Notes: generated by a model from the sequence alone, not told the origin. Counted from the stretch's first letter, positions 12,355-28,520 are shown. The stretch is DNA of 64,000 nucleotides from Dictyostelium discoideum (GCA_000004695.1 CM000151.3:3776001-3840000); one strand, 5' to 3'. Numbers and translations are program-made.

Positions 12355-13149
12355 ATGAAGAATATAGATTTAGATGAAATTGATAGATTAATAGAAGGAA
12401 GAGTTACAAATATAAATTCAGCATATAAATCTGAAGAGTTTAAAAAGTCAGTAGAGTCATGGAAAGAACAAAGAAACTCTCTAAGAGAATCTCTTTTAGA
12501 ATTTTGGCAAGATAATGAAGAAAAAATAAAATTTACAAATTGGTGGAAATCTTTATCAAGACAATATAAACAAGGTATGTTTTTAGAATATTCAATTTTT
12601 AAAAAAATAAAAATAAAAAAAAAAGAAATTCTTACTTTTAATTTCTCTCAAATTCTAATATTTTTTATTTTTATTTTTATTTTTATTTTTATTTTTATTT
12701 TTATTTTTATTTTTATTTTTATTTTTTTTTTCATTATTGTAGCAATGATATTAACATCAATTGACGATTTAAAACAATCATTAGATTTATATGATAACTA
12801 TGCACCAATTGCTAGTCCAGAATTATCAGAAGAAGAATTAGATTTTTTATTATTAAATGATATCCCAAAGGATAATAATGACCCAATCGAGGAGGATAGC
12901 TTTTTTAAACCACCACCAACACCAACTCTCATTAAACTTATAAATAGTTTGGTAGATTCAAAAGAAAATGACCCAAAAATATTCATTGGTCTTGATAGAA
13001 TGAAATTGTTTTTTAGTGATTTGGATGACCCTTCCAATGTAGTTCAATCAATGTTGGTCGTTAGATCTTGGATAATAATGGGTTTTATTGTAAAAATCCT
13101 CGGTTTATTTAATTCAGAGTTGGATCAACCAGAAGAAGAATTTAATTAA
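12355..13149 (+). CDS. Hypothetical protein; join(12355..12574,12743..13149).
   Basis: GTATGT donor at 12575 (phase 1). Acceptor TTATTGTAG at 12742. The intron is 168 nt, a multiple of 3, so the ORF track reads through it as poly-IF junk. Exon 2 begins AMILTSIDDLKQSLDLYDNYAPIASPELSEEELDFLL. No confident family assignment. Confidence 0.65.
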   Translation: MKNIDLDEIDRLIEGRVTNINSAYKSEEFKKSVESWKEQRNSLRESLLEFWQDNEEKIKFTNWWKSLSRQYKQGMFLEYSIFKKIKIKKKEILTFNFSQILIFFIFIFIFIFIFIFIFIFIFIFFFIIVAMILTSIDDLKQSLDLYDNYAPIASPELSEEELDFLLLNDIPKDNNDPIEEDSFFKPPPTPTLIKLINSLVDSKENDPKIFIGLDRMKLFFSDLDDPSNVVQSMLVVRSWIIMGFIVKILGLFNSELDQPEEEFN

Positions 13150-13212
13150 TTTACTATATGGAAATATATTTTAATTATAATTTTTTAAAAGGTAATTGAA
13201 ATTTTTTTTTTT

Positions 13213-13244
<32 letters not shown>

Positions 13245-13444
13245 TTTTTATTCAAAGTACTTTAAAAAAAATAATAATAAAAAAAAAAAAATAAAAAAAA
13301 AAATTGGTTTATTCTATTTTTAATTTTATTTTTATTTTATTTTATTCAATGAAATTTCATTTTTTTTTTCTTTTTTTTCAAAAAATTGTTTAGATAAAAA
13401 AAAAAATAAAAAAAATAATTTGTGAAAAAAAAAAATTAAAAATC

Positions 13445-13453
13445 ACCCCACAT
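13445..13453 (+). promoter_or_regulatory. DUSE-like motif ACCCCACAT ([AT]CCCA[CT]AA-type ncRNA upstream element), embedded in the 12-bp palindrome CCCACATGTGGG.
   Basis: Matches the Dictyostelium upstream sequence element consensus with one mismatch. It is followed at +44 by the shared motif AAACACAACAG. Confidence 0.35.
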
Positions 13454-13820
13454 GTGGGAATTAATTTTCAATTAAATAATAATAAATTAAACACAACAGA
13501 GGGGTAATAATGGCCTATAATTTATTGTTTTAAAAATCTAAACATTTTTAAAATAATATTAAAATTAAAATAAATAAAAAAAAAGTTTAAAATTAAAAAA
13601 AGTTTTTTTTTATTTATTTTTTTTTTATTTAATTTTTTTTTTTTTTTTTTTTTTTTTCTCAAACTAACCTCAAAAAATTCCAAATTAGAAAAATCTGGCA
13701 TATTAAGGCTTTGGGGTTAAAATAAAAAAAATAAAAAAGAAAATGAAAAATAAAGAAAATAATATTAAAATTTAAATTAATATTAATTTCATCGGTTAAT
13801 GCATCAAAAAATTAATTCAC

Positions 13821-13829
13821 ACCCCACAA
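13821..13829 (+). promoter_or_regulatory. DUSE-like motif ACCCCACAA (exact match to the [AT]CCCA[CT]AA consensus), with a TATA-like CATATAAAC 30 nt downstream.
   Basis: Second copy, 376 bp from the first, followed at +36 by the same AAACACAACAG motif. Confidence 0.4.
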
Positions 13830-14130
13830 ATTCCTTTTTTTCAAATAACATCATATAAACACAACAGTAACACTAATATTAAAAAAAGATCCTTTTTTTT
13901 GTTTTTCTTAACCTATTTTTTTTTTTTTAAAAAAAAAAAAATAAAAAAAAATAAAAAATATTTTTTAAAAAAAAAATCATAATAAATACTTTAAAACCTT
14001 GTATTAAAATAAAATATATAGAATTTATATGTTATATTTTTCTTATTTTTTTCTATACATAAAAATTCTTTGTAATACTAAAAAAAAATAAAAAATTAAA
14101 ATAAATAATAAATAAATAAATAAAAAAATA

Positions 14131-14190
<60 letters not shown>

Positions 14191-14252
14191 AATAAAACAA
14201 AATAAAATAATTTAAAATAATTAAATTATAATATAAAATAATAATAAATAAA

Positions 14253-15311
14253 ATGGGTTTAAAAATTGTTGACGGTTCAATTGTACATGACAATTTAACT
14301 TCTTCATCGCCTCCATCAGTCACAAATTCTTCACCACTTTTAAATACTAAAAGAAGAAACAGTATTACTAGTTTAAGTGATTATAAAAAAAATAAAGATA
14401 CTTTAAATAATTCAAATAATAATATAAACCAACCTTTTGAAAATAGTAATAATTTTAATAACAATAGTAAAGAAATAAAAAATGAAAATAAAATTAAAAA
14501 TTTTTTCCAACATTTATTTTCAATATTACTATTAAAAAATCCAACAATGATTCAAATAATTGAAACATTAGAACTCTCAACAAACATTTACAATATTCAA
14601 TTTAAATTAAAATATTTATTGGCCATATGTGTTTCCTCTCAAATAATTTTCAAATCTTCTGGATTACTTATTACTTTGTTAGTTTTATATTTGGGAACAT
14701 TTTTTAATAAAATTTCAATAAATAATAAAGATAAAAATAAAAACAATAATACAATAGATTATAGTTTAAAAAACAATAATATTGATACAAGTTTAATTAA
14801 AGATATAAATAATAGTGTTATTAGTAATAATAGTAGCAATAGCAATAATAATAATATTAATAATAGTAATAATAATAACAATAATAATAATAGAATATTG
14901 TCACCGAATCAGTTATCAAAATCATCAAATGTTGAATATAATAAATGTAAATGTAAATCACCAACAACATCATCCAATAACTATCTTTCAAGTAGTCAAA
15001 GTAGAGTTCAAACATTATCTTCACCAAATATTTCACCTTGTAATATTTGTGTTTCACCAAATCTTTTATATAATTCATTATCGTCATTATCATCATCGTT
15101 ACCAATCAATTCATGCAACTATAGTATGAGTGAACAAGAAGGTGATGAATTTGAAAGTAACTTTGACTTTGAAGATAGCCAATATGAAGAGTCTGATGAG
15201 GAAGATAACTCTAGTCCAGCTTTTCATCTTTATAGCTCACCAAATCTCAGAGTTGCTTGTAATAAAATATCAACATTTTCACCAAATGGAAGAAAATTAG
15301 GAACAAATTAA
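14253..15311 (+). CDS. Hypothetical Asn/Ser-rich low-complexity protein.
   Basis: 352-codon ORF with an ATG start. The compositional bias is typical of Dictyostelium proteins. No domain recognised. Confidence 0.5.
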   Translation: MGLKIVDGSIVHDNLTSSSPPSVTNSSPLLNTKRRNSITSLSDYKKNKDTLNNSNNNINQPFENSNNFNNNSKEIKNENKIKNFFQHLFSILLLKNPTMIQIIETLELSTNIYNIQFKLKYLLAICVSSQIIFKSSGLLITLLVLYLGTFFNKISINNKDKNKNNNTIDYSLKNNNIDTSLIKDINNSVISNNSSNSNNNNINNSNNNNNNNNRILSPNQLSKSSNVEYNKCKCKSPTTSSNNYLSSSQSRVQTLSSPNISPCNICVSPNLLYNSLSSLSSSLPINSCNYSMSEQEGDEFESNFDFEDSQYEESDEEDNSSPAFHLYSSPNLRVACNKISTFSPNGRKLGTN

Positions 15312-15789
15312 TAAAATTATATATATATATATATACACACTAAATAATATTAAAAAAATAAAATTAAACTAATTGTATATTTTTGTAATCAATCTATATT
15401 TGATAATGAAAAAAATAAGATAAAAAAAATTGAGAAAATTAAAAGAATTCTTTTATAAATATCAATAATCTTTAATATATTATTTTAATATATTTTATTT
15501 GTCTTTTAAGTGTTATTAAAAAAAATAATAAACTGAAATAATTAACTAAAAAAATTCATTTTCATCAATATGCTAATTTTTTGGATATATTTTTAAAAGT
15601 TCATAAAACAATTAATTTTTTTTTTTTTTTATATTTAATTATTTATTTTTATTATTTTTATTAAAATTAGTCTTAACTATTTTAAAAAAAAAAAGATTTG
15701 AATAGATAATACCTAAGATTCATAGGTTAGATATAGATAATTTCGAAAACTAATTTTATTTTTTTATTTTATTTTATTTTATTTATTTT

Positions 15790-17130
15790 TTAATCATATA
15801 ATTGTTTAGTCCAATCAAACGGATCAAAATTTTGTTTAAAATTTTTAATTAAATAACTTTCATCAGATTTTGATCTTCTTTTATTATGAATATCATCTAA
15901 ATTTAATTCTAAAATTCCCATTACAACCGTTTTAGCAAAGTCATGTGGAAATTCGGATTCCTTATCGATTGGATGAAGATAGCCAATTTGTTTATAACCA
16001 AATTCAACCCAAAGATAAGGAAATCCTTTTGGGATTGAATTTTTAAGTCCACCTTTCTTTATTGTATCGATTAGTTTATGAGGTGCCCATTCACTTTCAC
16101 TTTCGATTAAGGATTTTTTAAAGTAAGCTGGAGCAGTTGTAAAGTTATCGTAGGTTAAAGGAATACAATCGATGATGGTGTGGCGTTGTTGTTTAAATTT
16201 CATAGCGGTTTCAATAAAGATTGGATAACGATCTTGTTTTGCAAACATTTGAATTAAACATTTCTTAAAGTTTTGAATTTCATCCCAAGTGTCTTCATCA
16301 GTTTCTACACAAGAAATTGTATGAGCAATTGGTATAATTTGACAATGACCACTTGCTAATTGACCTCTACTTGGTAGTTGTAAATAACAAGATGTTCCAG
16401 TTGCAATCACCATCTCTTTTATTACATTGGATTGACAATACCAACATTTATCTAAAATCATAGAAACACGGCGATCAGATTCAATGGCTTTTTCTTTGAA
16501 TCTTTGAATATCTTTCCCTTGTGCCTCTTTTCTCTTCTTTTCTGATGGTTGTTTTTGATTTGACTTATCAAATTCAGGACCAAAATCTTCACGATCATCC
16601 TTTGTCCATGCATTTGATTTCGATATTGTCTTTAAGAAATCATAATCCATATCTCTACTACTCTCAAATGTTCGTGATTGTTTCTTTTCCATTGATACCA
16701 ATGTTTCCAAATCATAATGTTTATCATCACTATAGTATTGGTTTTGTTCTTGTTCTCCTTTTTTTAAATCAAATCTTTCTCTAATCTTTGGATCCATTGA
16801 TTTCAATTTCTCTTGTTCTTCCTTTTCTCTATTCGATGTTGTTGTACTGGATATATTATTCTTTTCATTTAAAAATATCTTTCTACCAAATTGATCTAAA
16901 CCTGATAATTTTATTTTTGATGAATTATCAATAGTATTGTTGTTTGTTGATTCTACTATTGTTGAATTGGTGGTGGTTGTTGTTGTGGATGCTGATGTTG
17001 ATTCTTTTAATTGCTTAATTTGGCTTTCAATTTTTTCAATTTTTTCTTTATCTCCAATCATTTTTGCTTTCATTAATTCACCCGATAATTTATTTAAGTT
17101 CATTGGTTTTTTAATTGCTGTTGTTGTTGC

Positions 17131-17176
<46 letters not shown>

Positions 17177-18477
17177 GGTAAAGTTGAAGAAGTTGTTGGT
17201 AAAGTTGTTGTTGTTGTTGTTGTTGCTGCTGCTGTTGCAGGTGATATAATTGTATTATTTAATTCATGTGATTCATTTGATTCATTTGGCTTTATTTCTT
17301 TTTTGACATAATCTTCAAGCCTTGGTTGCTCAGTTCTTACAACCTCATACCTTTTTTCATCTCTCTTTGCTTCATTCTTGTGCTTTTCGGTAATGAATCC
17401 TTCATTTCTTTTAAAATTTTCACTTTCTTTATCATAATGAGTTCTATTATCATAATTACCACTATCTTTATCATTTCTACCACTATCTTCATTATCTCTA
17501 CTTCTATTCCTATCTTCATAGTCTCTATCTCTGTCTCTGCCTCTATCTCTATCCCTATCTCTGTCTCTATCTCTATCTCTGTCTCTATCTCTATCTCTAT
17601 AGTCTCTATCTCTGTCTCTGTCTCTATCTCTGTCTCTATAGTCTCTGTCTCTATAGTCTCTATCTCTGTCTCTGTCTCTATAGTCTCTATCTCTGTCTCT
17701 ATCTCTATCTCTTTCAGATGACGAAGAAGATTTTCCCCATTTTAATTGAGAGAATTGATTTGGTTTTTTCATTTGTTGTGAAATGTCATCAGTTTTGTCA
17801 TCATTTAAGAGATAATCTTTTGTTGGTTCTTTTGATCTATGACGATGACTTCCTGTATGATATGGATATTTTGAAGAAGATGATGATGATGATTCTATTT
17901 TATTTATCTCTGATTGATCGAATCTTTCATTTAATACCTTATTTAAATCAGTATCTGTTTCGATTGCTTGTTGTTTTGAACGTAACAATTTCTTTGCTCT
18001 CCAAGAGGCCCCACCATCTCCAACAAAATATGAAGGTTTAGCATCATTGGTAGAGGATGATGATGATGATGATGATGATGAAGATGATGTTTGATTATTA
18101 CTATTTTTATCTCCTCCTTCTAAATTATCTCTTAAGATATCCAATGATTTAACTAAACCAGATGTCTTTGATAAAATTCGGGTCAATTCTTCATCCCTTT
18201 CTCTCTTTTTATCTCTCTCGCTTTGTTTATCTTGATTCTTATTAAATTGTTGTAACCATGACTCGCTTTCAAACTTATCGCTACCAGCACCACCATTGTT
18301 GATTGGTAATGACATCCAATCATCTCTTTTTACTTCATCTTTTGGGTTTTCTTGAAAATTATTACTTTTATCATTTTCACTTTTATTTTTTTTATTACTC
18401 TTTTCTTTATTTTCTTTTTTCTTTCTTTTGCCACTATCAGAATTTTCTTTAACTTCGATCCATTCGTCGTCTGACAT
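15790..18477 (-). CDS. cwf19l2: CWF19-like protein 2 (splicing-associated; CwfJ C-terminal domains 1 and 2), single exon.
   Basis: C-terminus has CWYCQSNVIKEMVIATGTSCYLQLPSRGQLASGHCQIIPIAHT...FFVEFGYKQ-type CwfJ_C_1/CwfJ_C_2 signatures. N-terminal half has RDRDRDYRDRD dipeptide repeats and a poly-Thr tract, the same architecture as CWF19L2. Confidence 0.88.
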
Positions 18478-18806
18478 TATTATGATATTTTATATTTTTT
18501 TTTTTATTTTTTTTTTATTTTTTTTTTATTTTTTTGATCTCATGAATAAATTTAAAAAAAAAAAATAAAAAAACCAAAATAAAAAAAAAAAATAAAAATT
18601 ACAAACCGTATGATAGTTTGTAATATATAAAATTATTATTTATTTGTCTTTAAAATTTTTAAGAGATTATATAAAAAAAAAAAAAAAAATAAAATAAATA
18701 AAAATTAAAAAAAATAAAAATTAATTTAATTAAAAAATAAAAAATAAAAAATAAAATTTATTCCCACTTTTTTTTTTTTTTTTTTTTTAATTTTCTTTTT
18801 CCTTTT

Positions 18807-18844
<38 letters not shown>

Positions 18845-18896
18845 GTAATTTTATATATATATTAATTTTTTACACATTAATTTTCAACAATTAAAA

Positions 18897-20212
<1,316 letters not shown>

Positions 20213-20505
20213 ATCAAAACTTCTTTTTTTTTTTTTTTTTGTTCATTATTTTGTAAATAGATTATATATAAAGAGAAATAAAATTATTTTGATAAAAGTT
20301 TAAACTTTAAAAATAAAAAAAAAAAATTAAAAAAAAAATAAAAAAAAAAAACCAATTCAATATTAGATTAAGACAATGTAATTTATTAAAAAATAATCAA
20401 TTTGATTATTATTTTTTTTATTATTTTTTTTATTTTTTTTTATTTTATTTATTACTATTATTATTATTATTTTTAAATTTTTAATATTATTTAGTAGCAG
20501 TATTT

Positions 20506-22173
<1,668 letters not shown>

Positions 22174-22553
22174 TTTTTTTTTTTTTTTTTTTTTTAATAT
22201 TTATTTTTTTTTTTTTTTTTAATATTTATTTTTTTTTTTTTTTAATATTTAATAATAATATTTATATTTTTAATTTTTTTTTTATTATTATTAACTCTAT
22301 AGATGAAAAAATATTTTATTGAAATGATATCATTATAGAAAAATTATTATATTTAATTTCTATAATTTTAATTTTATTAGATTTATTAATTTTCATATGG
22401 ACAAATGATTATAATTTAATAAATTTTTTTTTGAGAAAAAAAAGAAAGAAAGAAAAAAGAATTTGAACCTTTTTAAAGATTTATAAAAATTATTTTGATT
22501 TTATTATAATTTTAAAAAAACATTTAAATTAATAAAAAAAAAATAATAATAAT

Positions 22554-22584
<31 letters not shown>

Positions 22585-23718
22585 CCAATTAAAAAAATTA
22601 AAAAAAAAAAAATTTTAATTAAATAGAATACAACAGAATAAGTATTAAAGTATTGAAATCCAATTGTTTTTATTATAAATTTAGAAAACAGTAATATATT
22701 CCTGTGTTAATGTGTGGTTTGTGTGTTGATTTATTCCATTTTTAAGCTTTAAAAATGCAGTGGAATATATATAATTTTTTTTTTTTTTTTTTGGACAAAA
22801 AAAAGGGGGGTTGCCATATTTATTTAAAAAAAAGCAATAACAATAATAAAAAGATAATATTGACAAAATTTAAAATACTTCCTAGAAAATATAAATATTA
22901 ATAAAATATTATAATAAATTATAAAAATTAATATAATAATCAATAACCCACTTATTTTACATAAAAATCCAAACTCCAAACAAACATTGTGGTAGTATAA
23001 AATTGTATTTAAAAAAGAAGAGTTTTAATTGAATAAAAAAAAACACCCATTAAAGAAAAATAAATTAAAAAAATAATTTTATTTTCTACCCACTGTGTGG
23101 TTATTATAATAAATCTTGTTAAAAATAAAAATTGTAGAGATATCAAAGGTATAAATATTTAACAATACTATTATGTACTCTTTCTAAATATTATTTTTGA
23201 CATTACGATTTAAAAAAAAAGAAGAAAAAAAAAATTAAAAAATTAAAAAATCTTTTTTATATTTTTTTATGAAAATCTATTTATTATTTTATTTATCTTT
23301 TTATTTTTTAAACTGAAAAAAAATAACCAGAAAACAGTAAAAAAAAAAAAAAAAAAATGAAATTTTAAAAAAAAAAGACAATAGATGAGAAATTGACCGG
23401 CAAACTTTTAAATTTATTTTGATTTTATTTAGTTATATGGAAATTTGTTTTTATATTATTTTTTATTTTTTTTTATTCATTTTTTAATTCAGTTTTATTG
23501 GAAATTAAAAATATCTTAATTATTTTTTTTTAATTTTTTTTATAATTTTTTTTTTTGCCGATTACATGGAGTTTGTCGTTTCCCAAAGATATTTTTTAAA
23601 TAATGGAGTTTTTTTTTTTTTTTTTTTGAAAAAATATATTTTAAAATAATTAATTTAGTTATGTTTTTTTTTTTTTTTTTTTGATGGTATTAAAAAATAA
23701 AAATTAAAATAAATAAAT

Positions 23719-24146
23719 ATGAATCTGAAATTTTATAACTTAATTTTTTTTATTTCATTTTTAATATGTTGTATACATGGGCAAAGGTACTTACCTGTTG
23801 AAGGAGGAAAATGTGAAAAATATATAGGAGATGGGGATAGTGGAAAAAGGATTTGTAATGGATACTTGGCTAACCCTGGTAAATATTGCTTTTAAAAATT
23901 ATTTATTATAAACATAAACTAACTATTTTTTTAAAAAAATAAAAAATAAAAAATAAATAAATAAAAATAATAATAATAAATAATAAATAAATAATAAATA
24001 ATAAATAAATAATAAATAAATAATAAATAATAAATAAATAATAAATAATAAATAATAATAAATTATAATAAATAATAAAAAAAATATTGAGTCTAATTTT
24101 TTTTTTTTTTTATAATAAATAATAAATAATAAATAATAAATAATAA

Positions 24147-24193
<47 letters not shown>

Positions 24194-25901
24194 AGATTCA
24201 GTATATGTACATAATAAAACCCAACAAGAAACACTAAAAGATTTAAGAAGTTTAATTAATCTTTTAGAATTAAATAATCCTAGTAAAGAATGCATAAATC
24301 CAAGTAATTATAAGATTATGTGTGCAATGATGTTTCCAGAGTGTATTGAAATAAATGGAACAAATATAGTGAAACCTATCACATTACCAATTTATACATG
24401 TAATAGTTTTTGTAAAGAAGCATTAGTTACATGCTCAGTTCCTAATACAATAGCATCATGTGATGGTGGGACAAATCTACCAATTCAACTTCCATATACA
24501 CCAATTGAATGGGTTAAATATAATCTAACTATTTATGGAGGCGTTGATGATTATAGAGTAAATTGCACAGATCCAACACTAATAAGCGACAGTGGTAGTA
24601 GTAGTGAAATAGAAGTTGGTTGTGTTGAACCCTTAATTAAAAGACCGACCAACGATACCAAAGGTGATTTGGAGAAAGGCTATTTCTATGTTAATAGTCA
24701 ATGTGTAATAAATTGTCCAGTAACGGGAATGCATCCAAAATCAGTTTGGAATCAAATTTTCAAGATTAATGATGTATTATCGAGTATATCATTAGCATGT
24801 ACATTGATTCTATTATTTACATTTGGAATATTAAATCCAAAATTAAATAGATTTGATAAAAAGAATTTATTTTTCATTGCCGGTGTATTTGGAATGTCAG
24901 TTTCAGGTGTATTAATAGCAGCCAATGGTTCAGAGAAAACTGTATGTCCAACACCTGAAAGATATGCTGTTAATACCGATAGAGTATGTGTTGCATCTGG
25001 ATTTTTAGTACATTTCTCCGCTTTATTTGCAATTCTATGGTGGACTATTGGTTTAGCAGATGTTTATTATGGAATTAAATTTGTTGGAAAAAAGATTAAA
25101 ATTAAGGTTCGTTACTATCTTTTGGCAACATTAACTATATCATTGGCATTTACATTGGTTCCATTAGGTACTGGCCAATATCAAGCTGGTCTTTCAAATG
25201 TTATGTGTTTCCTAAAGGATGAAATTTATCAATCAATGACATTTTTTGTACCACTTGGTATTTGTTTAACCATGGGTACAATATTAATGATATTAGTAAT
25301 GAGAGAGATTTATGTAATTGTAAAATCAAATTCAACTTCTTCCTCCTTTTCCTCCTCCTCCTCCAAATCCAAATCCAAATCCAAATCTTCAGATTCAATA
25401 TCATATCTTAAACTTCAAGTTAAACCAATGTTAAATATTATATTATTTTATTTTACATTTCTTTATCTTTTCCTATTTGTTCGTGTTATCAATAGTAGAT
25501 ATCAAGAATATGAAGATTCAGCAATTCCCTATATGCTTTGTTTAGCAAAAGGCGGTGGTGACTCTTGTCGATTAAAAGGTCCATCTGCTGGTTCATTAGG
25601 TTATTTCGCATATTGTTTACGTATCTATGGTATTTATCTTTTCATAATTTCTTTCTTATCATCTCGTACCATAAAGATTTGGAAAGAATCAATCATTTTA
25701 AATAATGCTTTTGTTACTCCAATCATTAAATTCATTGATTCTTCCTTCAGTAATAGATTCTCATCAAGTAAAAATACCTCTACTACTCAAAATTCAACTT
25801 TAAATAATACTGAAAGTGATACAAGTAAACGTGGTAATTCTTCTGCTGTTTCCATAAATTTAGAATCTAGAAATTATAATACTGATGATGATGATCTTTA
25901 A
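23719..25901 (+). CDS. Frizzled/Smoothened-like 7TM receptor (Dictyostelium fsl family); join(23719..23878,24196..25901).
   Basis: Exon 1 is signal peptide MNLKFYNLIFFISFLICCIHG plus the start of the cysteine-rich domain. GTAAAT donor at 23879 (phase 1). Acceptor ATTAG at 24195. Exon 2 continues the Fz CRD (…NPSKECINPSNYKIMCAMMFPEC…), followed by seven hydrophobic helices. Confidence 0.85.
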
Positions 25902-25962
25902 ATAAATAAATAAATAAAATAAATAAATAAATGTTGTAATAAAAAAATAAAAATTTTAAAAT

Positions 25963-27636
25963 TTATTTCAATGGTTTTAAACCTAATTTTGCTCTTAATT
26001 CATTCATTTGTTCAATTTCTGTTTTTTCATTGGGTACATTATTATCATTGGCTGTTGTAGTTTGTTGTTTTTCATACTTTGAGATATCTTTTTTCTTTTT
26101 TACACTTGTTGAAATTGATCCTTCTTCATTGTCTGATGTTGATGGTGACGATAGTTTTTTATCATTTTGAGAAGAAATATCACTATAATCTCTTTTATAT
26201 CCATTTCTATCCCTAATTGATTTATTTCTATTGTTGAAATCATCTTCATTATCATATCTATCTTTACTTTTATATCTATCATATTCATCTCTATAATTTC
26301 TATCTCTTTCACCTTCTCTTTCCCTATCTCTTTCTCTATCCCTGTTTCTATACCTATCCCTATCCCTATAGCTATCGCTATCTCTATATCGGTCATCTCT
26401 ATCCATTCTGTAGTATTCATCCCTTTTAGGTTCTCTATCTATGTCTCTATATCTATCTCTATCCCTATCTCGATTGGAGTCTTTATGATATTTTGTGGAT
26501 CTATCTCTATCATTGTCATCATATTTGTAATTATCTCTATCTCTGTAACTATCTCTATCTCTATCTCTGTACTTATCTCTATCTATGTATCTTTCCTTTT
26601 CCCCATCTTTATTATCTTTTTCTTTATATCTTTTATTTTCATTTTCGTTTTCATTTTCTTTATGTTTTTCTTTATGTTTTTCTTTATGTTTTTCATTTTC
26701 ATTTTCATTTTCAATGGTGGTGGTGGTGGTGGTGGTGGTGATGGATGATGATGACGATGATGTTGTTGTCGATTTTGATTTTAATTTTAAAATTTTATCA
26801 TATTCCTCCTTTTCAATTTGTTTTAAATCTAATAAACCCAAAGCCAATAGAGGTGATTCTCTTTCTTTGAGTAAAGATTGTTGAATTAAATTTGCTCTTG
26901 AAGGTATATGAGGTAATGCAATATCACAAGAGTAATTAGTAGTAAGTAACTCCTCAATGAATTGATCGACGAAAACCTTTGTTGAACCCATATCAGTTTT
27001 TCTTCTTAATGCTCTAAAATCTTTATATAATGGATCCAATTGATTATAGATATCCACTGGTTTGCCAACCAATCTTAAATAGATTGCCCCTAAAATTCTA
27101 ACATATTTAAAATCTTCATTCTCTATAAACTCTTTAATTATATCCATCTCTGGTTGAATTTGTAACATCTTTAATAATAAACATAAAAAATGTGTTGGTT
27201 GTTTGTTACCTCCAAAACAACCACCATATGATTCTAATGCCATAGCTCTATCTACTAAACTTTCCTCTTTTTTTTTTTAAAAGAAAAATAAATTCTAATT
27301 AATAAAATAAAAAATAAAGAAAATAAAAAATAAAGAAAATAAAAAATAAAAGAATAAAAGAATAAAAAAATAAAATAAAAATAGTTACTTACCATTTAAA
27401 CCAATACATTTTTCTTTCCAATAAGGATGACTTTGAATTTTTATACGTGTAATTTTTTCAATTAAATTTCTTGGATTAACACCATGAATTGATTTTATTT
27501 TTAATTTTCTTTTTTCATTGTTTATATTAGATGATGATATGTCACTTTGGTCTGTATCATTCTCTGATACCTCTGAATCATTATCATTTTCACTTTCATC
27601 TTCACTATCTATATTATTATTGATATCCTCACTCAT
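25963..27636 (-). CDS. Pre-mRNA splicing factor PRP38 family; join(27393..27636,25963..27266).
   Basis: Exon 1 reads ...KSIHGVNPRNLIEKITRIKIQSHPYWKEKCIGLN|GTAAGT. Exon 2 reads EESLVDRAMALESYGGCFGGNKQPTHFLCLLLKMLQIQPEMDIIKEFIENEDFKYVRILGAIYLRL, which is close to human PRPF38A. The C-terminus has RDRDRDSYRD repeats in place of an RS domain. The first ATG of the ORF track (27690) lies in a poly-T/K run; I prefer M at 27636. Confidence 0.85.
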
Positions 27637-27690
27637 TCCACTTGATTTTTTTTTTTTTTTTTTTTTTTTTTCTAAAACAATAAATTCCAC

Positions 27691-27734
<44 letters not shown>

Positions 27735-27760
27735 AAAATTTTTTAAAGTAAGAGATTTGC

Positions 27761-27796
<36 letters not shown>

Positions 27797-28180
27797 CTGT
27801 TTTGGGATGAAAAAAAAAAAAAAAAAAAATAAAATAAAATAGAATGGGTGAGGGATAAACAATTAAAAATTGTGTAGATAAAAAAAAATTATGGCAGTGG
27901 AATATTTGTTTAGGAATTTATCGATTAATTTTTTTTATTTATATAATTGAAGATGATAATTTTTTTTTTATTTTTTTTTTATTTATTTTTTATTTTATGT
28001 TTTATTTTTTCAAATAATGATATTAATTGATTTTCATTCATTTGAATGGATTTTATATTTTCAATTATCAAATAAATCTGAGGAAATAATTAAAAAAAAA
28101 AAAAAAAAAAAAAAAAATCCAATAGAAAATAAAAAAAAAAAATAAAAAAAATTTTTATTGCCGTTAAAGTTTGGGTTGCC

Positions 28181-28252
<72 letters not shown>

Positions 28253-28520
28253 TTTTTTTTTTTCCAAAACATACACACATAAAATTTATACATATAATTT
28301 TTTTTTTTTTTTTTTTTTTAATTCAAACTCTTGCACATATTAAGAAAGTTGTACATATAAAGTGATAGTTAGTAGAATAGTAATAGTAACAGTGTAAAAG
28401 CTTTTTTTAAAAGAAAAAAAAAAAATAATAAAAATAATAAATTTAAAACTTGTTTAAATAAAACTACAAGAAAAAATAAAACAAAACACCTGTATAATAT
28501 AAAGTAAAAAGAAAAAAAAA

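Noticed and set aside
12575-12742. Poly-(IF) segment read as coding by the ORF track.
   Set aside because: It is a 168-nt intron (GTATGT…TTATTGTAG) whose length happens to be a multiple of 3.
13441-13900. Class I RNA genes.
   Set aside because: The conserved CCTTACAGCAA core is absent. Only the upstream DUSE-like boxes are present, so this is reported as promoter motifs, not as ncRNA genes.
27637-27690. Upstream ATG ([18 protein letters not shown]) as the PRP38 start.
   Set aside because: It lies in a poly-T/A promoter run. Homologs begin near the second Met, so I kept 27636.
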